Source: an uncultured delta proteobacterium (GTDB taxonomy: Bacteria; Myxococcota_A; Polyangia; Polyangiales; Polyangiaceae). Taken from it: a stretch of 64,000 nt of DNA. Positions 20,153-30,457 of this stretch are shown piece after piece; position 1 is the first letter of the stretch, and every line of letters begins with the position of its first letter. The notes beneath the pieces are model-generated. The model saw nothing but the letters and a program-made list of their open reading frames with translations, was not told the DNA's origin and ran no database searches. Where the stretch lies: the NCBI GenBank assembly GCA_963850305.1, contig CAWKKR010000008.1, positions 96,001 to 160,000 on the forward strand, read 5' to 3'. Position numbers and translations under genes: made by a program.

Positions 20153-21421
20153 CGAACCGTCACCCGCGGCTCGACGCTCATGCCGGGGCGAATCGAGATC
20201 GAGCCCGTGCTGGCCCCCGTCGAAGACGATGCGAACGGGGAAGCGCTGCACGACTTTGACGTAGTTCCCCGTCGCGTTCTCCGGCGGGAAGACGCTCAGG
20301 CGCGCCCCGGTCGCGCCGCCGATGGACTCGACCTTTCCGCGAAGATCCAGGTCGAGCGCATCCACGTGGACGGTCGCGAGCTGGCCGGGCCGGATGTTCT
20401 CGAGCTGCGTCTCGCGAAAGTTGGCGGTGGCCCAGAGGTGATGCGTGTCGACCAGCGCGAACAGGAGCTGACCGGGCGAGACGTGATCCCCGATGGCCAC
20501 GGATTTCTTGCCGACGATGCCGTCGAGCGGCGCGACGATGCGCGTGTAGGACAGGTTGAGCTCTGCTTCATGGAGCTGGGCCTGCGCGAGCTCGAGGGTC
20601 GCCTGGCGTCCGAGCACCGAGGCTCGCTCGGTGTCGACTTCCTTCGGCGCGTTGGAGCGGAGCTCGACGAGCCGGGTCTGCGCTGAGCTCAGCTTCGCCT
20701 GGGCTTCCCCGAGATGCTCGCGCGCCACCGTGAGCGTTTCTTCGAGCACACGGACGCCCGCCGCGGACGCCGCTGCCGCGTTGTTCGCGCGGTCGAACTC
20801 GGCCTGGGCGATCGAGCCGCTCCGCAGTAGCTCCTGCGCCCGTTCCTTCTCGAGCTCGGCTTCTCGATCTCCGGCGCGCGCCTGCTCGAGCTGGGCTTCG
20901 AGCTGAGGGATCTGCTGTTTGGCCGCCGCAAGGCCCGCCACCGCGGAAGAGACGTCCGAGGTCTGCCCGCTGACCTGCGCGGTGTTCGACGTCTCCGTGA
21001 TGACGACGCGCGGGCTCTGCGCGTCCAGCGAGGCTTGCGCCTGATCGACCTGGGCCTTCGCCTCGGCGACCATCACCTCGGGCTCGGCCTTGTCGAGCTC
21101 GGCGAGCAACTCCCCTGCCTTGACGGTCTGGTTTTCCTGCACGTAGACCGCCGTGACGACCCCCGTAACGCGCGCGCCGACGTTGCTGATGTTCCCATCT
21201 ATCTCGGCATCGTCCGTGTCCTCGAAATGGCGCGCCTGGAGCCAGTACACCAGTGCCCCGAGCCCGAGGACGAGCGCCACGACGAGCGCGACGGACTTCA
21301 CCCGACTCTTCTTCGGCGCTCCGGCGGCTCCAGGGGCAGTCGGCGATGCCGGTGCTGCCGGTTCGCTTTGCGCGGGCGCGCCGCCGTCAGGAGCGGTTCT
21401 CTCTCTAGTAGTGGTAGCCAT
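20149..21421 (-). CDS. emrA: HlyD/EmrA membrane-fusion protein, with one apparent 1-nt insertion near 20195
   Basis: TDDA, LSYTRIVAPLDG, ANFRETQL, PPENATGNYVKVVQR. The canonical tail IRPGMSVEPRVTVR* lies in the adjacent frame; span is 1273 nt (3n+1). Confidence 0.88.
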
Positions 21422-21558
21422 TCACTTCCGGCGTGAGACGTGCTGTCACCGCGCCACCTCGCCATGGGGCTTCCCGATGCCGGTCGCAAGGTCGAAAATG
21501 CGACGACCACGCGGGTTCGAGCATCGAAGATAGCGGCGTTCCTGGCGAGCTCGAAAAC

Positions 21559-23304
21559 TCAGGGCGGCGACAGGGTCGCGCCCCGCTCCGTTGCGAGAGC
21601 CTCGAAGCGGGCGCTGGCCTCCGCGTAGGCGACCGGTCGCCCCTGGGCCCGACCGACGACGGCGGCGAGGTATTGAGCACGCATCGAATAAGGAGCTTCC
21701 GTAGCGTAGCGTATCACATCCGCCTCGAGCTCCGCAGCTCTCGGATCGGTAGAAAGATGGGCGACGCGAGCCGCGTCGTCGGTCCCGCGGAGGACATGAT
21801 AAGCGTGTCGCTCGATGTAAGCGCGCGTGCGCTCCTCCCGGTGGACGAGGATCAGCGCGCGGTCGTCCATGTAGACGAGAGCCCAGTCGGGATTGCGGAC
21901 GACCCAGGGCATCTTCGTACAAGCGAGCTGCGAGCACTCGAGCACCACCGTCGTGAACCCGAAGCGCGCCTTCTCGGCGCGAAACGCGTCCGGGTCGCGT
22001 CCAGCGCGCACGGTTTCTTCGAAGTGAGCCGACGAGTACGCCGTGTCGTTTCTTCCGTCGATGATGACCTTCTGCGCGGGCCCGAGCGCATAGAGGAGAT
22101 AGCCCCCGAAGTTGAAGCTGTTCCAGATCCGTCCGGGGGCGGGGAACCTCGCGAGGAAGCGGCTTGCCTGGATCGGCAATCGCCACCACATCCATCCGAG
22201 ACCCACCGCGGAGGGCGGCAGTTGCGCGTACTGGCTTGCGATGACGGCGACCGCGGCGACGCTTGCCGCGACGCGAGCAACCGCGGGCCGCACGCGTCCT
22301 CCGGCGCGCGTGGTCACCCACGGGGTCACTGCGCCGAGCGACTCGGCCACGACGACGGCGAGCGCCGCGGCCGCGAACGGCACGAGCCGCACCGAGTGCA
22401 CGGCGAGACCCACGGCCGCGAACGCCACGCATTCGAACGTGCCCAGACGTCGACGCAGGAGCGCACCGGCCATGGCCGCGATGACGAGCGCACCGAACGG
22501 CGGATCGACGACGAAGGGAAAGCGCGGCTCCATGGAGGCCCACTCGGGAAACTCCGCACGGAACGTGGCCCGCGTGGTGACATCGAAGACCGACGTGAGT
22601 GCGTGGAGCCCCGCGGGGTTCATGCACACGCCGACGAGCGAAACCAAGACGGCCCACGCGAGCGCGCGCGACCGCGATGGGTCCTGTCGCGACGCGCCGA
22701 TGCACGCGGCCGCGATGACCCCGACGCCGAGCAGGCCGGCGCGATGGCAATTTCCCCAGACGGCGAAGAGAACGAACCACGTCACGAGCGACGTGCGTCG
22801 ACCGCGAGCTTCGCGGCGAAGGAGCCAGAGCACGAGCGCGAAACCGAGAAATGAAAACAGATCCGCCTTCGGACCGAGCCGGAATCGGACTGCCGCGCCC
22901 CATAGCCCGAGGACGAGCGTCGAAACGACGTGCATCGTCGAAGGCGAGACCTCCCCGACGGCGGCACGGACGCTCTCCCGACATGCGAACAGGATGACGA
23001 CGCCGACGGACAGCGTCAGCACGGCGGTCACCAGTTCGAGCCCGTACGGACCCCCGAGGCGGTCGCCCGCGAAGAACGCGAGCCCTGGGAGCCAGTCCGA
23101 ATAAATCCAGTGACCCGTGGAGGCGTAGGAGAACGGATCGGTCGAGGGCAGCGCGCGGTGCTCCCAGATCCACCTGCCGCCGCGGATGTGCCAGAACACG
23201 TCCGGGTCGAGGATCTTTTGGAAAGTCGACAGCACGATCGCGATGAGGACGAACGCCTCGGCGACGTACGCGCGCGCCCGGGAGAGCGAGGATCCGACGG
23301 TCAT
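21559..23304 (-). CDS. Polytopic membrane protein, GT-C-like putative glycosyltransferase
   Basis: TM1 followed by DPDVFWH...DPFS, many TM helices, WGNCH, EW, soluble C-domain FNFGGYL...IDGRND. Confidence 0.6.
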   Translation of the reverse strand: MTVGSSLSRARAYVAEAFVLIAIVLSTFQKILDPDVFWHIRGGRWIWEHRALPSTDPFSYASTGHWIYSDWLPGLAFFAGDRLGGPYGLELVTAVLTLSVGVVILFACRESVRAAVGEVSPSTMHVVSTLVLGLWGAAVRFRLGPKADLFSFLGFALVLWLLRREARGRRTSLVTWFVLFAVWGNCHRAGLLGVGVIAAACIGASRQDPSRSRALAWAVLVSLVGVCMNPAGLHALTSVFDVTTRATFRAEFPEWASMEPRFPFVVDPPFGALVIAAMAGALLRRRLGTFECVAFAAVGLAVHSVRLVPFAAAALAVVVAESLGAVTPWVTTRAGGRVRPAVARVAASVAAVAVIASQYAQLPPSAVGLGWMWWRLPIQASRFLARFPAPGRIWNSFNFGGYLLYALGPAQKVIIDGRNDTAYSSAHFEETVRAGRDPDAFRAEKARFGFTTVVLECSQLACTKMPWVVRNPDWALVYMDDRALILVHREERTRAYIERHAYHVLRGTDDAARVAHLSTDPRAAELEADVIRYATEAPYSMRAQYLAAVVGRAQGRPVAYAEASARFEALATERGATLSPP

Positions 23305-25286
23305 CGCTCCCGGATCCGACGCGAAGGACCGATCGGGCCCGTCAATGACGGCGGCAAGGGCTCACCCTGCCCTGCCGGCGCCGTGTCGAACGAGTAAACG
23401 CGCGCGAGCAGCAGGTGCCCGAGCTCCGAGCGGCTCGCGTCCGTGAGTCTCAAAGAAGCGACCCTTCCCGCATACTGTCGCACATCCCAGCTCTGTTCGA
23501 ACATGACGTCACTCGCGACGCCGCGCGTGCGAATCGCGACGGCTCCGTCGATGACGACCTCGATCGACAGCGAGTCGCTCGCGCCGCCACCAACCCACAT
23601 CCCCAGGTGTTCGCGACTGATCGGGAAAGCGGGCGATAGAGCCACGCCGACGGCTGCGTCCCCCCGAGGCGGCGCGGCGCTCGTCAGATATCTCTCACCC
23701 GGCGCTCCCCTGACCGCGAACGCATTCCCTCGAAGTCTCCACCCGACGAGGCCGGACTCGAAATCGAGCAGAACGCGCACGTTGCGTTTTGCGAGCACCT
23801 TCTTGCGCCGGAGCAGCTCCGACGGCTCGGAGGCGTAGCCGACCAGCGTGTGCACGCCGGTCCCCAGGAGCCGGTCCCCGCGAAACGCCTGATAGATCCA
23901 TCCGCGCACCGGCGCGCACTCCGAGCCGCTCAGGATCACCCACTCCGCCGAGCTCCGCGCAAGAAACGAGGGCAGATCCAGCCCGGGCATCTCGGCGATC
24001 AGTGCGTCTTGATATCCCTGGTCGTGAAACTGCTCGTCCACCTTGCCGGCCTCGATGGGGAGGAAGGGGTGGTTCGGGACCAGCACGCCGCCCGGCAGCG
24101 CGCGCACCTGGTCGATCAGCGCCCGAGCGTCTCGCCAGAGTTCGGGAGACGGAATGACGCTGGAGCTCGAATAGCGTCGCGACGCGAGCAGCACCGCGAG
24201 CGCGATGAGAGCACCCACTTCCGCGACCGCGCGGCGCGCGACGCCGCGGACCTCCGCGAGCGCTTCAGCGCCGAGCCGGAGCGCCACTGGAGGACCGAGG
24301 ATGGCCAGAGGCGAAAGGTCCGACCCCGATCCTGCGACCTTGGCGTACGGAAGGAGCGACGCCGGGATCGCGGCGCCGAACATGCCAAGCCAGAGAGCGC
24401 TCTCCGACGAGAGGCGGCGGCGAGCCGCAAGCCACGCGCCGAGACCGAGCGCAAGAGGAGCCAGCGGCGACGCGGCGCAGACGGCATGCACGTCCCAGAG
24501 GCGCGCCCACCGCACGGGTTGCCAGGCCAGGTTGCGGAGCGTCCATTCCGCAAACCATCCGTGCGTCGCGACTTGCGCAACGGCAAGCGCCGAGACGGCC
24601 AGGATGCCCATCGCGGTGGCGAGGACCGCGCCGTTTCGAAAGTGCCGGCGGGCGGCGAACACGACGAGCCAGAGGGCGAAGAAGAAATTCGTTTGCCGCG
24701 TGAACACGGCCGCGACGGCCAGGAGCGAGACCACGAGCGCGTTCACGACAGTCGGCGCGCGCGAGGCCACGCAAGCTGCCGCGACGACGAAGAACAGAGC
24801 CAGCGAATCGTTCCGCACGAGATCCCACCGTGTCTCCACGAACGGAAAGCTCGAAGCGACGACACCCGCCGAGAGCAGCGCCGGGATGAACCGCGAGAGT
24901 CCTCCGTGAACGCGGGGCGCCGGACCGACGGGTTCCACTGCGACCGCCGACGAGAGCACGGTCGCGCCGAGAAACGACGCGATGGAGAGCGCTCTGCCCG
25001 TCGCATATCCGAGCCCGAAGATGCGTCCCAGCGCCGCCAGGGCGAGCATGTGACCCGGGGGATACGGATATGGCGCAAATCCTGCGCTCGGTGCTCCGTA
25101 TATGGAGAGGTGATGGAGTAAGCGGTACGCGTGGTAGAGCGAGCCGCCCTCCATCCATTCGATGTCCATCGGGTAAGCGACACGACCGAGGAACCCGCGT
25201 CCGAGGGTCCACAACTGAGCGATGGCCAGCGCCAGCGAGAGTAGGCAGACGAGCCGGACCACGGATCGGGATTTCAGGATGGTCAA
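23301..25286 (-). CDS. GT-C (ArnT/PMT-like) membrane glycosyltransferase with C-terminal beta-sandwich
   Basis: YPMDIEWMEG after TM1, YPYPPG, RNDSL, TRQT; C-domain DFE..W...GNAF...GD..VG...SP.F...VGGG...WDV..YAG. Confidence 0.65.
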   Translation of the reverse strand: MTILKSRSVVRLVCLLSLALAIAQLWTLGRGFLGRVAYPMDIEWMEGGSLYHAYRLLHHLSIYGAPSAGFAPYPYPPGHMLALAALGRIFGLGYATGRALSIASFLGATVLSSAVAVEPVGPAPRVHGGLSRFIPALLSAGVVASSFPFVETRWDLVRNDSLALFFVVAAACVASRAPTVVNALVVSLLAVAAVFTRQTNFFFALWLVVFAARRHFRNGAVLATAMGILAVSALAVAQVATHGWFAEWTLRNLAWQPVRWARLWDVHAVCAASPLAPLALGLGAWLAARRRLSSESALWLGMFGAAIPASLLPYAKVAGSGSDLSPLAILGPPVALRLGAEALAEVRGVARRAVAEVGALIALAVLLASRRYSSSSVIPSPELWRDARALIDQVRALPGGVLVPNHPFLPIEAGKVDEQFHDQGYQDALIAEMPGLDLPSFLARSSAEWVILSGSECAPVRGWIYQAFRGDRLLGTGVHTLVGYASEPSELLRRKKVLAKRNVRVLLDFESGLVGWRLRGNAFAVRGAPGERYLTSAAPPRGDAAVGVALSPAFPISREHLGMWVGGGASDSLSIEVVIDGAVAIRTRGVASDVMFEQSWDVRQYAGRVASLRLTDASRSELGHLLLARVYSFDTAPAGQGEPLPPSLTGPIGPSRRIRER

Positions 25287-25593
25287 AATGGAGAGCGCAA
25301 TATCCCGCCGCTTCCGCTAAAGGTCACGCACTTGGCCACTCGCTGTAACTCGGGTGTTTCCGAACCGCGGTTGACTCACGTCGCGCTTTTTGGTCATCGA
25401 AACGTAAAAAAATTTCGCGTGAGTGTCGATAGTGTTGAAGCTCCGCCCCGAAAGCGACGAATACGTCACACACGCTCGTGTTCGAAGATGCTCACAGCTT
25501 TCGTCTTTCTGGGATGACTCGCGGGATGCGATCGTCCGCGGACTGAGGTAAGCGGGTCCGGCGTTTCAAGAAACCTGACGGTCTGGACTTCCC

Positions 25594-26073
25594 ATGAGAC
25601 TCACTCTCGAAGGCGCGGCGCACGTCCTTTTACCCCGGGTCACGGCCGGCCGCGCGCTCGCCCATTCGGAATGGCTGACGCTCGTTCAGGTGGCGGAAAT
25701 ATTGTCGACCGGCGCGCCGCACGACGTGCGACCGGAGCAGGTCGCCGACAATGTGGAGGCGTTCCTGGCCGCGGGACGGTCTCGCCGCGCCTGGCGGGTC
25801 CGCGTCCTCCTCACGCTCATCGAATTTGCGCCAATGGCGACGGAGAGGCGCCGCTTCGGTGACCTGTCTCCGGAGGAGCGCCGAGTGCTGATCGAACGGA
25901 AATGGATCGGGGGGCGCGGTATCTGGCGAGTCTGTTCCAAGGTGAAAAATCTGGTCGTCCTGGGCGCGTACGGCGACCGCCGAGCGGCGGCGAAGACGGG
26001 CTACGTGCCTGTTCCCTTGCGCCCGCGGTTTCGGAATATGCGCCGGCCAGACCCGGAGAGCGACGTCGCGTGA
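25594..26073 (+). CDS. Hypothetical protein, probable small partner of the GMC oxidoreductase
   Basis: RRFGDLSPEERR..L..W, LGAYGD...GY; GTGA overlap with the GMC gene. Confidence 0.6.
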   Translation: MRLTLEGAAHVLLPRVTAGRALAHSEWLTLVQVAEILSTGAPHDVRPEQVADNVEAFLAAGRSRRAWRVRVLLTLIEFAPMATERRRFGDLSPEERRVLIERKWIGGRGIWRVCSKVKNLVVLGAYGDRRAAAKTGYVPVPLRPRFRNMRRPDPESDVA

Positions 26074-27506
26074 AGACCGAAAGCGTCGACGTTTGCATCA
26101 TCGGCTCCGGCGCCGGCGGCTCGGTCATCGCGCACGCCGCGGCGAAACGTGGCCTACGCACGCTCGTCCTCGAGCGCGGGCCGTACCTCCGCGCTGCCGA
26201 CATGACCTCGTCCGAGATCGAGATGCTGCCGCGCCTCTACAAGGACGGTGGCATGCAGCTCACCACGTCCCTGGATTTTTTCATTCTTCAAGGCTCCTGC
26301 GTCGGGGGCTCGACGGTCGTCTCGAACATGGTGCTGATGCGCGCCCCGGACGAGGTATTCGGTCGGTGGCGGAGCTTCGGCGCCGAAGGCAATCGCGATG
26401 CGTTCCACGACGCCTACGATCTGATGGAACGGACGCTCGACGCGCGCCCCGCGGACGCGAAGAGTTCATCGCGGAGCACGGAGCTGTTCGAGGAGGGAGC
26501 CCGCGCGATCGGGCTCTCGCCGAAGAAGATGCTGAAGGCGCTCGGAGCCTGCCACGGATGCGGCAACTGCAACATCGGCTGCACCTTCGACACGAAGCGG
26601 AGCGCCCTCACCACGTTCATTCGGTGGGCCGAAGACGAAGGCGCTCGGGTCCTCGCGGACACGAGCGTGGAGCGGATCCGAACCCGTCGAGGGCGCGTGG
26701 ATTACGTCGAGGCGACCACCGGACCACGTCGTGAACCGCTCCGCGTCTACGCGAGGCAAGTCGTCGTCGCTGCGGGCGCGATCGGTTCGAGCGCACTCCT
26801 GCTCGCGAGCGGCGTCCGCAAAAACGTCGGCACGCGGGTGTCCTTCAACCTGGGCGCGATGGTCGTCGCGGAGTTCGACGAGGCGTTCGACGCCTACGAC
26901 GCCGATCAGATGACGACGTACCTGAAAGGCGAAGATCATCTAATCGAGGCGACCCACAATCCCCTCGCGAGCGCGGCCCTCACCACGCCGGGGTGGCTCG
27001 AGACGCACGGGGCGCTCATGAAGCGCGCGCGCCATCTCGCGTACGCCGGCGCGATGGCGCCGTCCGAAGCCACGGGCCGCGTGGTGATGAGTCCGTGGTT
27101 CGGACACGAGGAGACGCGCTTCTCTGCCAGCGCTGGCGACATGGAGAAGCTGCGTGAGGGTCTCAGAACGATCGTACGCGTATTCTTCGGCGCGGGCGCG
27201 CGCAGAGTCCTGCTCCCGACGGAAGTGTTCACCGAACTGCGGTCCGTGGACGACTTGCCGCTCCTCGACGAGCGAATCCGGACCATGCGCGACATCCAGA
27301 GCGGCTCCTCGCATCCACAGGGCGGCAATCCCATGTCGGACGACCCGGATGTCGGGGTGGTCGACTCCGGGTTCGCTTCGCACGAAATCGATGGCTTATC
27401 CGTCTGCGACGCGAGCGTCTTTCCGGACTGCATCGGCGTGAACCCGATGAACACGGTGTTCGCTCTGGCGCACATGGGCGCCGCACGAATTCTGGCGAGC
27501 GCGTAG
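26070..27506 (+). CDS. GMC family FAD oxidoreductase
   Basis: DVCIIGSGAGG, VLERG, GSCVGGSTVV, CHGCGNCNIGC, AAGAIGS, SHPQG, DASVFP...VNP. Confidence 0.9.
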   Translation: MKTESVDVCIIGSGAGGSVIAHAAAKRGLRTLVLERGPYLRAADMTSSEIEMLPRLYKDGGMQLTTSLDFFILQGSCVGGSTVVSNMVLMRAPDEVFGRWRSFGAEGNRDAFHDAYDLMERTLDARPADAKSSSRSTELFEEGARAIGLSPKKMLKALGACHGCGNCNIGCTFDTKRSALTTFIRWAEDEGARVLADTSVERIRTRRGRVDYVEATTGPRREPLRVYARQVVVAAGAIGSSALLLASGVRKNVGTRVSFNLGAMVVAEFDEAFDAYDADQMTTYLKGEDHLIEATHNPLASAALTTPGWLETHGALMKRARHLAYAGAMAPSEATGRVVMSPWFGHEETRFSASAGDMEKLREGLRTIVRVFFGAGARRVLLPTEVFTELRSVDDLPLLDERIRTMRDIQSGSSHPQGGNPMSDDPDVGVVDSGFASHEIDGLSVCDASVFPDCIGVNPMNTVFALAHMGAARILASA

Positions 27507-27510
27507 CTGC

Positions 27511-29137
27511 ATGACGCTGGCTCCCGTCGTCCTTGCATTTCCCTCGGCGGTAGCCGAGCGTCCTGCGCGACGCATTCAGTCGCCGTATCCGTCGGCCGTG
27601 GGCCGCGTGATGCTCCGTGCGGCGCGGGCACGAGTGAGATCGTGGGACCGTGCGCTCGGCAGGATCGAGGAGGAACAGGAACGGGCACTCCGCGACATCG
27701 TCGGTCGAGGGGCAGCGACGGTGTTCGGGCGGCGCTTCGACCTCCGCGGAGCCAGGGATCACGCGGCTTTCGTCCGCCGGATCCCGGTCGGCAACTACGA
27801 CACGTTCTCGCCGTTCATCGATCGCATGCGGCAGGGGCGAGAAGAACCTGCTCGTTCCCGAGTTCGTTCGTTACTTCGGCAACTCGTCGGGCAGCTCCAA
27901 CCAGGGCAAGCCGAAGTTCTTGCCGATCACCGAACGTCAGATCGCGCATCAGCGCCACGCGGGAGCGGACATGCTGATGCGCTATCTCGCGCACGCGAAC
28001 GATGCCGAATTCTCGTCCGGGTTCACGCTCGGCCTCTTCCCGCCGACAGCGATGAAGCCCCGAGGGCCCCGTGCTCGTGACGTCGAATCCCGCGCTGATG
28101 GTGACCCGAGATGCCGGCGTTCGCTCGCCCCGCGTATCTTCCCGACGACGACATCAAGCCGGATGTCGAACTACGAAGAGAAGCTCGCGGCGATCGCCGA
28201 GCGCTACCTCGACCACGACGTGCGCGCGCTCGCCGGCACGACCTGCTGGTTCGCCGTCCTGTTCGAGAAGGTGCTCGACGCCGCTCGCGCGAGCGGACGG
28301 CGCGCAAGCCACGTCGCGCGAGATCTGGCCGAACCTGAGGGTCCTCCTCGGCGGCGGCGTGTCGGCAGAGCCGTACCTGCCGGTCATCCGCGAGACTGAT
28401 CGGGCGTGACGATCTCACGCTGGTCGACACCTACAACGCGACCGAGGGCGGCATCTACGCCACGAGCGACTTCTCGGGCGAGCGCGGGATGCTGGTGCTT
28501 CCGCACCGCGGGACGTTCTTCGAGTTCGTGCCGCTCGAAGAGCGCGGCAACCCGGCGCCTCGCGCGCGTGCCCCTGTGGGCAGTCGAAGCGCAACCGCCT
28601 CTACGCGATCGTCGTGCACGACCGTCTCGGGGCTCTACGCGTACAAGCTCGGCGACATCGTCCGCTTCCCGCAGCGTGAAGCCGCTCCGCATCGAGTTCG
28701 TCGGGCCGGCTCTCGGGTTGCCTGTCGGTGACGCAGGAGCTGACGACCCACGTCGAGATCGAGCGCGCCGTCGCGCACGCGCGTCCGCGAGACAGGCTGC
28801 CCGACCGTCGACTTCGGCGCCGCGCGCCGACGTCGGCGTCGACGGCGAGGCCAGGTCTCGCTACATGCTCTTCGTCGAGTTCGACGAGGGCGGCGCGCCT
28901 TCGAACCTCGACGCCTTCGCCGCTGCGTTCGACGAGGGCATGTGCACGCAGAACCGCGTCTACCGCGAGCACCGCGCAGGCGACGTCGCCATCCTGGCGC
29001 CGCGCGTGGTCGCGCTCGCGCCGGCGGCGCACGGCGGTTCCTCGAAGACGTCACGCGCGGCAACGTGCAGGGGAAGTTCCCGCGCATCATCGACGACCGC
29101 GCCGAAGACGCGCTCCTTGCGTTTCGTGCGGGCCTGA
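27511..29137 (+). CDS. GH3 (auxin-responsive) family acyl-acid amido synthetase, multiple frameshifts
   Basis: Fragments across frames: NSSGSSNQGKPKFLPIT, EIWPNL..LLGGGV..EPY, DTYNATEGGIYA, FFEFVP, TTVSGLYAYKLGDIVRF, QGKFPRI. Confidence 0.85.
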
Positions 29138-29156
29138 TTCGAAGAAGGAAGTCGAC

Positions 29157-30457
29157 ATGAAGCAAACTCGGAGTCGTCATCGTCGGAGTCAACGGAGCGG
29201 TCGCGTCGACGCTCATCGCCGGCGTCGAGCTGATGGAGCGCGGGCTCGTCGCCGCGCATCGGCATGGTCACCGAGAGGACCGGCACGCGCGCATCGCCGA
29301 GTCGATCACCGAGCTCCTCGACTTCGCCCCGCTCGAGAGACCTGGTCTTCGGCGGGCTGGGACCTGCAGTTCGCGAACGTGTACGAGGGCGCGCTGCACC
29401 ACAAGGTGCTCCCCCGAGCACGTGCTCGCGTCCGTGCCGGCGACAAGCTCGAGGCGATCACGCCGTGGCCGGCGCGTCTTCTCTCGTGCGTACGCGAGAA
29501 GTCACCGGTCGACAAGAACGTGGTCCGCGCCGAGCGCCATCCGCGAGGAGATCGCCATCCTCGAGCGCAACATCGAGGACTTCAAGAAGGCGAACAACCT
29601 CGACCGCGTGGTGATGGTGAACCTCGCGTCGACCGAGCGCTTCCTCGACGAGCAGCCCGTGCACGCGCAGCCTGCGCGCGTTCGAGGCAGGGCTCGACGC
29701 GCAACGACCCGGCCATCACGCCGGCGATGCGTTACTTCTACGCCGCCAACAAGCTCGGCATCCCGTACTGCAACTTCACGCCGAGCCTGACGAACGTCCC
29801 GGCGCTCGCCGAGCCAGGCCGAGAAGACGCGGCAACCCGTTCGCGGGCATGGACGGCAAGACGGGCCAGACGCTGCTCAAGACGGCGCTGGCGCTCGATG
29901 TTCCGCGTCGCGCCGCCTGCACATCGAGGGCTGGTACTCGACGAACTTCCTCGGCAACAACGACGGGCTCGTGCTCGACGCACCCGGCTCGAACAAGACC
30001 AAGGTGCTGTCGAAGGCGTGCGGTCCTCGACTCGATCGTCGGCTACCACGTGCGAGAACCACCAGGTTCACATCCACTACTACAAGCCCCGCGGCGACTC
30101 GAAAGAGGCCTGGGACAACATCGACATCGTCGGCTTTGCCGGCGTGCCGATGCAGATCAAGGTCAACTTCCTCTGCCAGGACTCGGCGCTCGCGGCGCCG
30201 CTCGTCCTCGATCTCGTGCGGCTCCTCGACGTGGCCAAGCGCGCCGGCGAGAGCGGCATCCAGCGCCAGCTCTCGATCTTCTTCAAGTCGCCGTACGCGG
30301 CGCCGAAGGCGAGACGCCCGTGCACGATCTCTTCAAGCAGGAGAAGCTGCTCCTCGACTGGGCGAAGGCACAGCGCGCGAAGGCAGCGTCCGAACGGTCA
30401 CAGGCCGGCGCCGGAGATCGTCGGTGTCGGCAGGCGAACGCCGAGCGCACGCCGTGG
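29157..30457 (+). CDS. ino1: Inositol-3-phosphate synthase (myo-inositol-1-phosphate synthase), multiple frameshifts
   Basis: Purine-rich RBS; LGVVIVGVNGAVASTL, NLASTE, NFTPS, DGKTGQTLLKT, WYSTNFLGNNDG, YYKPRGDSKEAWD, DSALAAPLVLDL, FFKSP. Confidence 0.92.

Noticed and set aside
18548..21421. 957-aa EmrA-EmrB fusion protein in the ORF track
   Set aside because: The normal EmrA tail (IRPGMSVEPRVTVR*) sits in the adjacent frame with a GTGA overlap at 20149-20152. One extra base near 20195 explains the fusion, most likely a sequencing error.
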